Part shown: positions 63,042 through 64,000 of the stretch, one piece after another
How positions within the stretch are numbered: position 1 is the stretch's first letter
How the letters are laid out: each line of letters begins with the position of its first letter
Source of the DNA: Octopus sinensis
Taxonomy: Eukaryota
Assembly: GCF_006345805.1 (NCBI RefSeq)
Contig: NC_042997.1
Coordinates: 13,950,001 to 14,014,000 of the forward strand
Reading direction: 5' to 3'
Length of the DNA stretch: 64,000 bases
Made by a program: the position numbers and the translations under genes
The notes under the pieces: generated by a model
The model's input: the letters and a program-made list of their open reading frames with translations, nothing else
Database searches by the model: none
What the model was told of the DNA's origin: nothing

Positions 63042-63234
63042 GTATGTGTGTGTGTGTTGTGTGTGTGTGGTATGTATGTGTGTGTGGGTATATATATAAC
63101 ATACATATAAGACTTTTTGCGTAATCAGATGAAAAACCAAGGCTGTGTAGATATTAGAAAATTTATAGATAGAAGGCTTTACAGCTGTTTCCAGGATATT
63201 TATATGTATATATATATGTATATATATATGTATG

Positions 63235-63287
<53 letters not shown>

Positions 63288-63682
63288 TATATATGTATGT
63301 ATTTATATATTTAAATATATATATTTATATATATATACGTACGTATATATGTATATATATATATGTACATATATGCATATGTATGTATACATATATGTAT
63401 ATATATATATATATATATATGTATATGCATATATGTATATGTATATATATATGCAAATATATATGTATACATATATGTATTCATATGTATATATATATGT
63501 ATACATATATGCATATATATATATGTATATATGTATACACATATGCATATATATATATGTATATATATGTGTGTGAGTATGTGTGTGTGCATGTGTGTTT
63601 GCGTGTTTGTGCTTAGATAAAGGTGTATCAATACGTGTGTATGATGTGTTTGTATGTATAGATATATGTATATATATATATA

Positions 63683-63911
63683 TATTTCTTTACTACCCAC
63701 AAAGGGCTAAACACAGAGGGGACAAACAAGGACAGACAAACGGATTAAGTCGATTACATCGACCCCAGTGCGTAACTGGTACTTAATTTATCGGCCTCGA
63801 ATGGATGAAAGGCAAAGTCGACCTCGGCGGAATTTGAACTCAGAACGTAACGGCAGACGAATTACGGCTACGCATTTCGCCTGGCGTGCTAACGTTTCTG
63901 CCAGCTCGCCT
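63683..63911 (-). mobile_element. SINE family B
   Basis: Full-length, inserted in (TA)n. Confidence 0.9.
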
Positions 63912-63966
63912 CGTATATATATATATATATATTATATATATATATATAATATATATATATAATATA

Positions 63967-63999
<33 letters not shown>

Positions 64000-64000
64000 G

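Overview
AT-rich, repeat-saturated animal genomic DNA. The tRNA-derived SINE families and microsatellite load look like an octopus (coleoid cephalopod) genome; this is inferred from recognising the repeats and is not verified. No intact protein-coding gene is visible, and almost all listed ORFs are translations of microsatellites. The window holds: at least four SINE families (about 35 copies or fragments); decayed LINEs of four clades (CR1/Jockey-group, Tx1/L1, R4/Dong, RTE); two MITEs with clean 8-bp TSDs; one 100-N scaffold gap; and a 1.67-kb tandem duplication that may be an assembly artefact. Three signals stand out. (1) There are five type I hammerhead ribozyme motifs (four distinct, one duplicated). 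Three of the four distinct ones lie in short, (TA)n-associated elements with Penelope-like inverted and direct termini and a shared GCTATTTCTA motif. (2) Two diverged copies of another repeat carry all hammerhead core nucleotides in a strand order no circular permutation can give, with compensatory stem changes between copies, so they may be a pseudoknotted hammerhead. (3) A SINE family has a 3' tail matching the local Tx1 LINE 3' end and TSDs starting G(G/A)TA. It appears to insert into the GGTA site of its own head and so build tandem arrays. All folds were made by eye and no activity is shown. Boundaries are approximate unless a TSD or TIR is quoted.
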